This document shows positions 18,071 through 25,536 of a stretch of 43,797 nucleotides of DNA, in pieces. A model generated the notes under the pieces. That model ran no database searches and had not been told where the DNA came from. It saw nothing but the letters and a program-made list of their open reading frames with translations. A program made the translations under genes and the position numbers. Position 1 is the first letter of the stretch. Each line of letters opens with the position of its first letter. The DNA comes from Candidatus Bathyarchaeia archaeon (GTDB lineage: Archaea; Thermoproteota; Bathyarchaeia; Bathyarchaeales; Bathycorpusculaceae). Location of the stretch: NCBI GenBank assembly GCA_049512075.1, contig JBEKXL010000020.1, positions 1 through 43,797 of the forward strand, written 5' to 3'.

Positions 18071-18091
18071 ATTTTCATACTTCCTGTTACT

Positions 18092-18194
18092 GTGAGGGAC
18101 ACGGGGAAAACCCAGAGAGGCGATGTGGTGAGACAAATGGCTTTCCAATTAAGGAGTAAAAACCTCTGGGAAAACACCCCCGCGTCCTTGTCAC
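18092..18194 (-). ncRNA. Long intergenic stem-loop (candidate structured RNA or cis element)
   Basis: Nested helices GUGA/UCAC, GGACGCGGGG/CCCCGUGUCC and CCCAGAG/CUCUGGG. Confidence 0.5.
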
Positions 18195-18195
18195 T

Positions 18196-18414
18196 TTACC
18201 GACCCTCATGCATAGGATAGTTATCCTTGCTTTCGTCTTCTGGGTCGTATTTAGCGTCTTGTTCTGCTTCTTTTCCTTGAATCGGCGTTTGACTTGCATT
18301 ATGTCGAGCCTTATCTGCTTCTGCTTCGCTTATGGTGAAGTCAACGTACTCTAGGATTTTCTCCCTAAGTTTTCGAAGACGCTCAAGATTTTCTTCAACT
18401 GTTGGAATACTCAT
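18196..18414 (-). CDS. Hypothetical protein
   Basis: 72 aa with GAGGTGA RBS. Confidence 0.7.
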   Translation of the reverse strand: MSIPTVEENLERLRKLREKILEYVDFTISEAEADKARHNASQTPIQGKEAEQDAKYDPEDESKDNYPMHEGR

Positions 18415-18432
18415 TTTTTCATTTCACCTCAC

Positions 18433-18864
18433 TCAACAATCGATAGTTCTTTTAGTGAAATCTTCATTCAGGAACAGTACGGTTCCCGAGTTAATCCGTT
18501 CAGCCGCTTCTTTTGCCGTGATAACTTTCTCTTCACCCGTGACCTTAATCGTTAGTCCATCGTACTTCGCAGTTAGAAACCCGTCTATCTCAGAAGTACA
18601 GTTTCCAGCTTCGTTAGGAATGCTCAGAAAAACTCTAAGCATAGGTTCAGGTACGAGAGGTTTTCCCTCTTCGATTTTAAGCAGTCGTCCACTATGACCA
18701 CGCAAAAGCGTTAATTCATAGCCTAAGTAGTCGTCCTCTTCCCAGCACTTTATAACAAGTTCTCTTTCCAAATACACTACGGTTTTCCGATTATGCGTGT
18801 CTGTGTTTTCCCTTGTGAAAACCACGGGAATCTTTAACAATCTACCCTTTTGAAGAATTGTCAT
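18433..18864 (-). CDS. Hypothetical beta-rich protein
   Basis: 143 aa, coupled to the upstream gene (TAATG). Confidence 0.7.
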   Translation of the reverse strand: MTILQKGRLLKIPVVFTRENTDTHNRKTVVYLERELVIKCWEEDDYLGYELTLLRGHSGRLLKIEEGKPLVPEPMLRVFLSIPNEAGNCTSEIDGFLTAKYDGLTIKVTGEEKVITAKEAAERINSGTVLFLNEDFTKRTIDC

Positions 18865-19550
18865 TAACTTTCGCCTTCCTTCTTTTTCATTCTTCTATCA
18901 TACTCGTGACGTATTTTTTCACGAGCCTTTTCGTTGGCACGGTCAAGAGCCTCTCTAATCTCGCTTTTGAAAGGTTTCAGTTGTGACCAATCGCGAATAG
19001 TAACTTCGCCCTGTTCGTTTGAAATGTCACCTTTAGGTTGCTCATACGAAATTTGTTCACGACTTTTCATGGCTTGAATCGCACGTTTCCAATATTCATC
19101 ATAGTACCGCTTTGCTTCTGGGTCGTCTTGGTTGTCATGAAGAAATTTCAAAAGTTCATTCATATTCTGGAAAGGACGTTTCCAAAGTTCAGTTGCGGAT
19201 TGACCCATCTGTTGAGCGTTTAAAGGTGCAACACCCCCGCTTTCGCCTTTCTTAGCCATTTCAAAGCCTTTCAGCTTTTCCAAGGTGTCAATTTCTGGGG
19301 GAGCACCAAGAGCTTTACGTTTGCGTTCGATTTCTTTCTGAGCCGCAAAGAAAAGTTTGTTCTGCAAATCCTCTATGATTTCATCTTTAGATTCGGGTGT
19401 TTTCTCTTCTTTATCCTTTAAAAGTTTAACAAGTTCGTCTCCCGTAGGATTGTCCACGGTTATGTTTAAATCTACTTTTTGCCGTTTGGCATCTAGTTCC
19501 TTTGCTTTTTCAAGAATCTTGCGCTGTTCAGGTGTTGCTGGGTCACTCAT
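18864..19550 (-). CDS. Charged helical protein (scaffold-like)
   Basis: Lys/Glu-rich ORF with predicted coiled segments. Confidence 0.7.
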   Translation of the reverse strand: MSDPATPEQRKILEKAKELDAKRQKVDLNITVDNPTGDELVKLLKDKEEKTPESKDEIIEDLQNKLFFAAQKEIERKRKALGAPPEIDTLEKLKGFEMAKKGESGGVAPLNAQQMGQSATELWKRPFQNMNELLKFLHDNQDDPEAKRYYDEYWKRAIQAMKSREQISYEQPKGDISNEQGEVTIRDWSQLKPFKSEIREALDRANEKAREKIRHEYDRRMKKKEGES

Positions 19551-19968
19551 GTTTCTCACTATCCTTTTTTTCTTGAATTGCTTCGTCTAGTTTCTGGGAA
19601 TATTCCTTAATTTTTTGCTGGACAATTTCTTTCGCTCGTTCAGGTGTGAGTGGTTGCTCTTTCCGTGGAATATCCCTGAACCGAGAGTCATACCCAAAAG
19701 AATCTAACACGATTTTTTGTAACCCGCTCGGCATATCGGACAGGTTGAAAAGTGGTTCTGCATTAATCCGTATCGTGCTGTTTGCTAGGTTTATTTCCCA
19801 ATTTGTGAGGCTTACCTTCTGAGTCTCTTGTAACCCTTCGACAATGAGAGAATAGAGCGCGTCTATGAAATCTCCGACTATTTCGGTGTTATCGTGTCCC
19901 GTTTTGGCACGGATAACGTTAAGTTTTCTTAGCCTTTCCTTCGAAAGTGCTACTGTGCTTTGTTCCAT
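19543..19968 (-). CDS. Putative DNA-binding protein (RHH-like N-terminus), first gene of the leftward operon
   Basis: STVALSKERLRKLNVIRAKTGHDNTEIVGDFIDAL, with a GGTGA RBS. Confidence 0.65.
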   Translation of the reverse strand: MEQSTVALSKERLRKLNVIRAKTGHDNTEIVGDFIDALYSLIVEGLQETQKVSLTNWEINLANSTIRINAEPLFNLSDMPSGLQKIVLDSFGYDSRFRDIPRKEQPLTPERAKEIVQQKIKEYSQKLDEAIQEKKDSEKHE

Positions 19969-20005
19969 CAATATCACCTATCGTTAATATATTAGTTATA
20001 TTCTA

Positions 20006-20015
20006 GGGTATTTAA
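20006..20015 (-). promoter_or_regulatory. TATA box of the leftward operon (TTAAATACCC)
   Basis: The same 10-mer occurs at 20391 and 21110 on the + strand. Confidence 0.65.
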
Positions 20016-20173
20016 GTCTTACTCTGGGTGTTATCAATTAGTGTTAATAGAATCCGCCGTCACCCGCGCCTATCTACGTCATAGACGGACGCTCTATTGT
20101 TCTCTTTGTTCTAGGGTGGAAATGGTAGGGGACTTGTTTTTTGAGGTTGTTTTGCAATTTTGCCGTTGGTTCG

Positions 20174-20227
20174 GGGTTTGTCTTGTTGTTTGAGGGTTTG
20201 TCTTGTTGTTTGAGGGTTTGTCTTGTT
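20174..20227 (+). repeat. 20-bp tandem repeat GGGTTTGTCTTGTTGTTTGA, about 2.7 copies
   Basis: Exact copies at 20174 and 20194, partial copy at 20214. Confidence 0.9.
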
Positions 20228-20264
20228 TTAGATACAAAACTGTCCGTTTGGTACTGCTTTTTAA

Positions 20265-20280
20265 TTAATCAGTTGATTAA
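20265..20280. promoter_or_regulatory. 16-bp palindrome TTAATCAGTTGATTAA, copy 1
   Basis: Four copies, all inside the element. Confidence 0.75.
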
Positions 20281-20390
20281 ACGGGTCGCAATTGGCTAGT
20301 GATGTCTTAACTCGTGCGATACCGTACTGTAGCTTAGGCATGGACAAATTCGCCGAATAGTTCAACTCGTGGGCTATAAATCCGTTAATC

Positions 20391-20402
20391 TTAAATACCC
20401 GT
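20391..20402 (+). promoter_or_regulatory. TATA box TTAAATACCCGT (promoter with no obvious long ORF downstream)
   Basis: Identical 12-mer at 21110-21121. Confidence 0.55.
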
Positions 20403-20795
20403 CTTCCCATAGTTTAAGGTAGAATAGCGAACGGAGCAATATAGAACCATGACATCAATGAACGAACCACGATTCACGGCGCATTCGATGATTAAGCTAG
20501 ATTCCAAGCTGATTCCAGCATGGAACAAGCCGTTCGACACAAATACGGGATACTGACAGTTGAACCAAGCCCACCCACGGCAAGCGACATAGGGCAAAAA
20601 TTTTGCAACTTTTTAATTTTGGGTCGGCGAATTATTTTCGGCACTTTTCAAATGGTTTCTGGCACGGTTTTCCGAGCCAATTCCGACCACATAACCAACC
20701 AATTATCAATTATTGTTAAAAACCATCATGAACCAAAACGTCTTTTTTTCCAGCAACATCCAAAAACAGCGGTCTATAGCAAATAGGTAGGGCAC

Positions 20796-20811
20796 TTATT
20801 CAACTGATTAA
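20796..20811. promoter_or_regulatory. 16-bp palindrome, copy 2 (TTATTCAACTGATTAA, inverted, one mismatch)
   Basis: Direct reading of the sequence. Confidence 0.7.
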
Positions 20812-20916
20812 CCACCGCCGCCGCTACATAAACAGAGAAAATAGAGGACTGTAGGTTATTTGCTCCCCCTACTACCCCCTACCTATACTATTGAATGAAT
20901 GTAAGATGAAATGAGC

Positions 20917-20982
20917 CTAGACACTTTTGACCCTAGACGCATCTATCTAGGACAAACTAATCTAGGATAATTTCATCTAGGA
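20917..20982 (+). repeat. CTAG/ATCTAGGA repeats at ~15-bp period
   Basis: CTAG at 20917, 20933, 20947, 20962 and 20977. ATCTAGGA at 20945, 20960 and 20975. Confidence 0.7.
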
Positions 20983-21109
20983 TTGATTGTTTGTGAATGA
21001 AAAGGGGGGATAGGTTAGAGGGAAGGGATTGGCTTCTGGGATAGGAGCGTCCGCACCTAAAATGTCACAGGTTCAACTTAACAGTTTCCGTACAAGGCTA
21101 CCGTAAGAT

Positions 21110-21121
21110 TTAAATACCCGT
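21110..21121 (+). promoter_or_regulatory. TATA box of the rightward genes (TTAAATACCCGT)
   Basis: Lies just upstream of the Zn-ribbon ORF. Confidence 0.65.
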
Positions 21122-21148
21122 TTGCCTATTTACCTAATGGTGATAACT

Positions 21149-21289
21149 GTGAGCGAAACTCCAAATGAAATAAAGAAATGTCCTAGATGCGGCAACACGC
21201 ACATTCAACGATATGGACTCGTGCCAACTGTTAATCATGGTAAACGGCAACGATACCTTTGTTCTGAATGCGGACACAGCTTCTACTAG
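21149..21289 (+). CDS. InsA-like Zn-ribbon micro-protein, 46 aa (not in ORF track)
   Basis: KKCPRCGNTHIQRYG...GKRQRYLCSECGHSF. GGTGA RBS; an in-frame ATG is also present at 21137. Confidence 0.75.
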   Translation: MSETPNEIKKCPRCGNTHIQRYGLVPTVNHGKRQRYLCSECGHSFY

Positions 21290-21300
21290 AGGCGATTTCT

Positions 21301-21879
21301 ATGACTATGACTATCGGCGAAAACTCTGCTTCAATTTCAATGAAGTTGGCAATTGCTAATGTTGTCAAACGCTACTCAGGAACCACAAATCAAAGTAACG
21401 GATTCTGGCTTATGGAACAAACTCTCTTGGGAACTTTAACGCGGGAGTTTTGGATTTCAGAGTTCGAGAAGGATTACCCAAACCACGGAAAAGAAATCTA
21501 TGATGAAATGGTTCAATGGTATTCTAAAACTAACATTCAACAGCATAAGGAAAATGCAATCGAAACAGAAGCCAAAAAAATCCGCAAAGAAGCTAGAGAC
21601 AAGATTAGGGAAATTAGAAACCAATTTCTCCAAGCTGAAACCGTCCGAATGAACGATAAGCACGAAGCTAAAGAAGCTAAAGAAGAAGAAATGAACGCTC
21701 CATCCCCTAAGCAACGTCAAGCATTGGAAAAGGCTGAGAGAGACCTAGCTCAAGTTGAGAACTTTGTGCCGAGCGCGGAACAGTTGGCTAACCCTGAATG
21801 GGTGAAGGGACACGGCAAACTCGTTGCGGATAGAAGAGCCGTAGTTGACCAACTGAAAGCACAACAAACAAAAACATAA
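21301..21879 (+). CDS. Hypothetical coiled-coil protein
   Basis: ATG 21301 after GAGGCGA, with a T-tract terminator downstream. Confidence 0.7.
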   Translation: MTMTIGENSASISMKLAIANVVKRYSGTTNQSNGFWLMEQTLLGTLTREFWISEFEKDYPNHGKEIYDEMVQWYSKTNIQQHKENAIETEAKKIRKEARDKIREIRNQFLQAETVRMNDKHEAKEAKEEEMNAPSPKQRQALEKAERDLAQVENFVPSAEQLANPEWVKGHGKLVADRRAVVDQLKAQQTKT

Positions 21880-21917
21880 ACCCTAACTCCCTCTTTTTTT
21901 GCTAGTTTTCCGACTTT

Positions 21918-21933
21918 TTAATCAGTTGATTAA
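21918..21933. promoter_or_regulatory. 16-bp palindrome, copy 3
   Basis: TTAATCAGTTGATTAA between convergent gene ends. Confidence 0.75.
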
Positions 21934-21952
21934 TCCCACATAGAAAATCATG

Positions 21953-22243
21953 TCAGGAAATGTACGCGTTCTTCTGAGCCTTCTGCAACTTCTCCTCATT
22001 CTCTCTAAGGTTTTTCTTTAGTTTCTCAATAGCTAACTTGATGGCGTTTTCAGTAATGTTTTCAGTAATGTTTTCAGGCAATTTCTCCAATAGAGAAAGC
22101 ACATCTTTCATATCTTTCCTTGTGTTGTCGAATAAACTCATAAAAATCTGAGTTGTTGTGTTGCTTGCCCAAATAATGGATTCAATTTTCTTTTCTAATT
22201 CCTCAACCTTGCTTTTCAGATGCTGTACTTCATCTTCACTCAT
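21953..22243 (-). CDS. Small coiled-coil protein
   Basis: GGTGA RBS and an internal 12-bp duplication (ENITENITEN). Confidence 0.7.
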   Translation of the reverse strand: MSEDEVQHLKSKVEELEKKIESIIWASNTTTQIFMSLFDNTRKDMKDVLSLLEKLPENITENITENAIKLAIEKLKKNLRENEEKLQKAQKNAYIS

Positions 22244-22370
22244 TTGTATATCACCAAGTTGTCTATAGATTTGTTTGGCTTTATATGTTTTACGGTAAAA
22301 GGTACGGTTAGAATCATTGGCTTTATTAACAACCGCTATGTTGTCTTATTTTGATTGAAGGTTGTTCGGT

Positions 22371-22541
22371 GTGCCAAAAGAGGGACATAGAAGCGTGACG
22401 CTTCCAGCTTACAGGGTGGAACAGGTAGAGAGGTATTTTGACGACCATAAGGCAGAGCTTCGGAAGAGAGGCATTAAGTCGGCTAGTTCTTTGATTAGTT
22501 TTTGGCTTTCAGAAAAGCTCATTGAATCTTCTGGACGATAA
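22371..22541 (+). CDS. RHH-type DNA-binding protein, 56 aa (not in ORF track)
   Basis: MPKEGHRSVTLPAYRVEQVERYFDDHKAELRKRGIKSASSLISFWLSE, with a GTG start. Confidence 0.7.
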   Translation: MPKEGHRSVTLPAYRVEQVERYFDDHKAELRKRGIKSASSLISFWLSEKLIESSGR

Positions 22542-22552
22542 CTTTCCCTTTT

Positions 22553-22568
22553 TTAATCAACTGATTAA
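22553..22568. promoter_or_regulatory. 16-bp palindrome, copy 4 (inverted)
   Basis: TTAATCAACTGATTAA. Confidence 0.75.
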
Positions 22569-22624
22569 CTCTGAAAAACAAGTTTTAAGAGCAAGTTGAA
22601 CAGTCGTGTATTTTGAGAAAAGAT

Positions 22625-23044
22625 ATGACTACAATACTAGAACCTCTTTATAATCCAATAACCAACAAATATCTAATTGATTTGGGTATTGCAGGTATCA
22701 CAATATTGCTTAACGCAATTAGTGATGACCTTGAGGGGTGGGAATACATCTACAAAGCAAGCCACATAAAAGTTGGAGCAGTAAATTGGACTTTGTTTGC
22801 TGTCTATTTGACTTTCTTTGTTCCTCACTTTTTCGGAGAACAAGATAAATTAACTATCTTTTCCTATATCCTAGTAGTCTTCTGGTTAATGGTTCTTGGT
22901 TGTTGGTTAGTGGTAGGAACAGGGCAAAGTTGGAAAAGCCACGGAACGACATCAAGAGTCGCCTTGATTGGAAGCCCTTTTCTACTTGCTGTTCTCTCGT
23001 TTGCTATCTTCATTTTCTTTGATTACTTCTTTTGGCTTATTTAG
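22625..23044 (+). CDS. Membrane protein (~4 TM), element cargo
   Basis: Four hydrophobic segments; ATG at 22625. Confidence 0.7.
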   Translation: MTTILEPLYNPITNKYLIDLGIAGITILLNAISDDLEGWEYIYKASHIKVGAVNWTLFAVYLTFFVPHFFGEQDKLTIFSYILVVFWLMVLGCWLVVGTGQSWKSHGTTSRVALIGSPFLLAVLSFAIFIFFDYFFWLI

Positions 23045-23120
23045 GTAATAGAAGATTCTTCTATCAGTCCTTTTAAGTCGGTTTGACTAAGGTATTTTGG
23101 GCAAGAAATCAATCTCGGTT

Positions 23121-23138
23121 GGAAAGTATTTCTTATAA
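23121..23138 (+). repeat. attR (arm GGAAAGTATT plus core TTTCTTATAA)
   Basis: Mirror of attL. Confidence 0.8.
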
Positions 23139-23217
23139 ATTTTTATCTCTATGCCGCCGTTACAGATGTCTAGTTTGAAAAAACAAACACGGTTTCGACC
23201 TGAGGCGCTGATGACAG

Positions 23218-23493
23218 ATGCCCTACTATGTCTACATCATCCAATGTGAAGGAAACAGCCTCTACACTGGCTACACAAAAAACCTGAATTCACGCATCAG
23301 GCTTCACAAGAAAGGAAAAGCCGCTCGCTACACGAAAATGCATCCGCCGAAGAAGCTGGTTCACGTCGAAGAATTCAACTCCAGAGCAGAAGCAATGAGA
23401 AGAGAAAAAAGAATCAAGAAGCTCACGCACCTACAAAAACTCAAACTAGCACACTCTAAGACCAGGCGCCATAAGTCCAAGAAGCCTGTATAG
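23218..23493 (+). CDS. GIY-YIG nuclease family protein (UPF0213-like)
   Basis: YYVYII...LYTGYT..L..RI..H..GKAARYT...AMRREKRIK. Confidence 0.9.
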   Translation: MPYYVYIIQCEGNSLYTGYTKNLNSRIRLHKKGKAARYTKMHPPKKLVHVEEFNSRAEAMRREKRIKKLTHLQKLKLAHSKTRRHKSKKPV

Positions 23494-23730
23494 TCAACCT
23501 CTGACTGTCAGAAGAGTTCTGCAAAGGAAGCTCTCAGTCTCTTATAGAGCCGCACTTAAAGAAAAGGTGACTAGGACTCACTGCAAATGTAATTCTCTTT
23601 CTGCAGTTCCAACGGGCACCCTCCGCGCGCGTCTATCTTTCTCGAAGCCACCGCGAGCCTAGTGAATAGTTTTATATCCAAGAGTAACACGAGATTTTTG
23701 TGTAGTAAACTGGCGAGGAGGTGAAGGTAG

Positions 23731-23874
23731 ATGGCAAAGAAGGGCACGAAGTATAAATGTGAGGAATGCGGGCTCGTAATGGTCATTGATGAGCCGTGTG
23801 GATGTGAACCAGCATGCATCCCAGTGTGCTGTGAAACTCCTATGAAAGAAGTGAAGGCAAAACCAAAGAAGTAG
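23731..23874 (+). CDS. Desulforedoxin-like small metal-binding protein, 47 aa (not in ORF track)
   Basis: YKCEECG...PCGC...VCCETPM, with a strong GGAGGTGA RBS and TTTATAT box. Confidence 0.8.
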   Translation: MAKKGTKYKCEECGLVMVIDEPCGCEPACIPVCCETPMKEVKAKPKK

Positions 23875-24058
23875 GCTACCGAAAACCGTTCTTCCCCCAC
23901 ATTCTTATTTTTCGCCAAAAAACACGACAATAGCGGACATAACGCCCTTTTCCAATGCTTCACCTTCATAGCCGAATAAAGCCCAACTTACTCTCCTGTC
24001 TAATCATTACCAATCTTCGGGGTATATTCTGTTGTGGCTACACGCAGTTCTCCGAATG

Positions 24059-24277
24059 CTAGAAGTGCTTGCTCCATTTTTCCCTTAGCTCCAAAACAAA
24101 TGATTCCTCATCTAGTGCAACCCGCTTCTTCAATTCCTTCCACGTGGACGGACAATCCTTGTATTTGACGCCCACGATCTCGTGGATCACTCTGTCAATT
24201 TCTCGCTTGTTAGCTTCAGTGACTTCTATTCCTGCTTTTTCAAAGATTCTTTGAAGATGTCTGAAGTAGCAGGTCAC
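24059..24277 (-). CDS. Small hypothetical protein
   Basis: GTG start reading TCYFRHL..., after a GAGGTG RBS. Confidence 0.7.
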   Translation of the reverse strand: MTCYFRHLQRIFEKAGIEVTEANKREIDRVIHEIVGVKYKDCPSTWKELKKRVALDEESFVLELREKWSKHF

Positions 24278-24696
24278 ATCAACACACCTCATCAGATAGA
24301 TTATTGAAGAAGTTTAAAGGCTTTCCAGAAATACTAAATGCCTCCAGCAAGCGGACCCCTCAAAGTCATGAAATCGCACTGACTTGGGGACTGCGAATTA
24401 CCTAAAATGCAATATATTCAAAAACAGGCACAGCCCCTGATACAATGGGTTTTATGTCGAGTTTCGACATATTCCGCTTCTGAAACATGCCTTTTGTGTT
24501 CAGCTTCCCCAAGTACTCATCAAGGAGAAAAGGAGTAGAGGCAATGCGGCACTCATTACAAGGCATTGAGAAGTGGCGTAACAGAGCCATTTTCATTGAC
24601 TTGCGAAAGACAAGAATCACTGTTCTTGATGAGGGAAGGGAGTCTTGCAAACACGGAAAGATTCCTGAAAGTTTCTTAGGGAAGCCTTTATCGAAC

Positions 24697-24942
24697 ATGA
24701 AGCATCCCGAAAAAGTAGCACTGCGAAGATTATCGATTACCGAGCTTCTCTCTGGCGCATTCACCATACTCTGCCTCGTGATATTCGTCTACATCAAGAT
24801 GTTCCAGCTTGAGATCCAAAGCCAAGAGTCAATACCGCAACTTGACACATACGCTGCCCTATCTCTCGTGATTGGAATCACTTTTCTAGTAACTTTCACG
24901 ACATCCATGATTCTCAGAAGAGTGTTCCCTGGAGAAATGTAA
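24697..24942 (+). CDS. Small 2-TM membrane protein
   Basis: Two hydrophobic helices. ATG 24697 is preferred over the track start at 24487. Confidence 0.55.
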   Translation: MKHPEKVALRRLSITELLSGAFTILCLVIFVYIKMFQLEIQSQESIPQLDTYAALSLVIGITFLVTFTTSMILRRVFPGEM

Positions 24943-25085
24943 CCCCAAAGGATGACCCTCACACTCGAAGACCCGAGGTTTCTCTCCCAAATGTTCTATC
25001 TAGACCTGCGCAGCCGAGATGATGTCCGCGAACTCACAACTGATAAATAGCGAGAAGTTGCATTCATTTCAAGAGGAGAGGAGAA

Positions 25086-25403
25086 TTGGAATGGAAATCA
25101 AGCTCGTTGGTTCCTTGGTTCTTGTTACTGCTCTCGCTCAACGTACTGGATATTTCGTTTACGAATCCCTCCCGCGAAGCTAATCCCTTAACTCTCCTAT
25201 CGTGGGCACAGATAGGAATCTTGCCTTCAGCCTGTATTAAGATCGGGTTAGTATTGTTGTTCGGAATCTTGTGTGCGATAACAAGGAAAGTGACCAGCCA
25301 AACCGATTGGAATCTTGCAGCCAGGCTGATGCGAGGAATATTAATCGCTCTTGTGGCCTTCTACACATTTGTCGTAACTTGGAACATGATTCTCTGGAGC
25401 TAG
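25086..25403 (+). CDS. DUF5658-like membrane protein
   Basis: LNVLDISFT...REANPL...IKIG. Confidence 0.7.
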   Translation: MEWKSSSLVPWFLLLLSLNVLDISFTNPSREANPLTLLSWAQIGILPSACIKIGLVLLFGILCAITRKVTSQTDWNLAARLMRGILIALVAFYTFVVTWNMILWS

Positions 25404-25536
25404 AGTTGTTCGCGTTTTGTGTCCTCTGCGGCTCTTTGCATGTCACGTGTAGAGCCAAGCTCACACGGAATAGAATGAACACTTTGCAACGAGTTACAAA
25501 TCATTTATAGTAATTGGTGAGAAATATCAGTCTGCG

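Larger units (their letters stand above)
14269..23138. mobile_element. Integrated 8.86-kb tyrosine-recombinase element (candidate virus satellite or mini-provirus)
   Basis: Direct repeat TTTCTTATAA at both ends, inverted arms, an integrase next to the left end, AT-rich phage-like small ORFs and an HK97 gp10-like gene. Confidence 0.85.

Noticed and set aside
20174-20227. CRISPR array
   Set aside because: The units are contiguous with no unique spacers, and there are no cas genes in the window.
20391-20786. Track ORFs 20391-20597 and 20520-20786
   Set aside because: No RBS and no protein-like features; the region is dominated by DNA motifs.
23218-23493. GIY-YIG nuclease as part of the mobile element
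   Set aside because: It lies outside attR and belongs to the common stand-alone cellular family.
23571-23969. 132-aa minus-strand ORF
   Set aside because: It is the antisense shadow of the desulforedoxin-like gene, which has a strong RBS.
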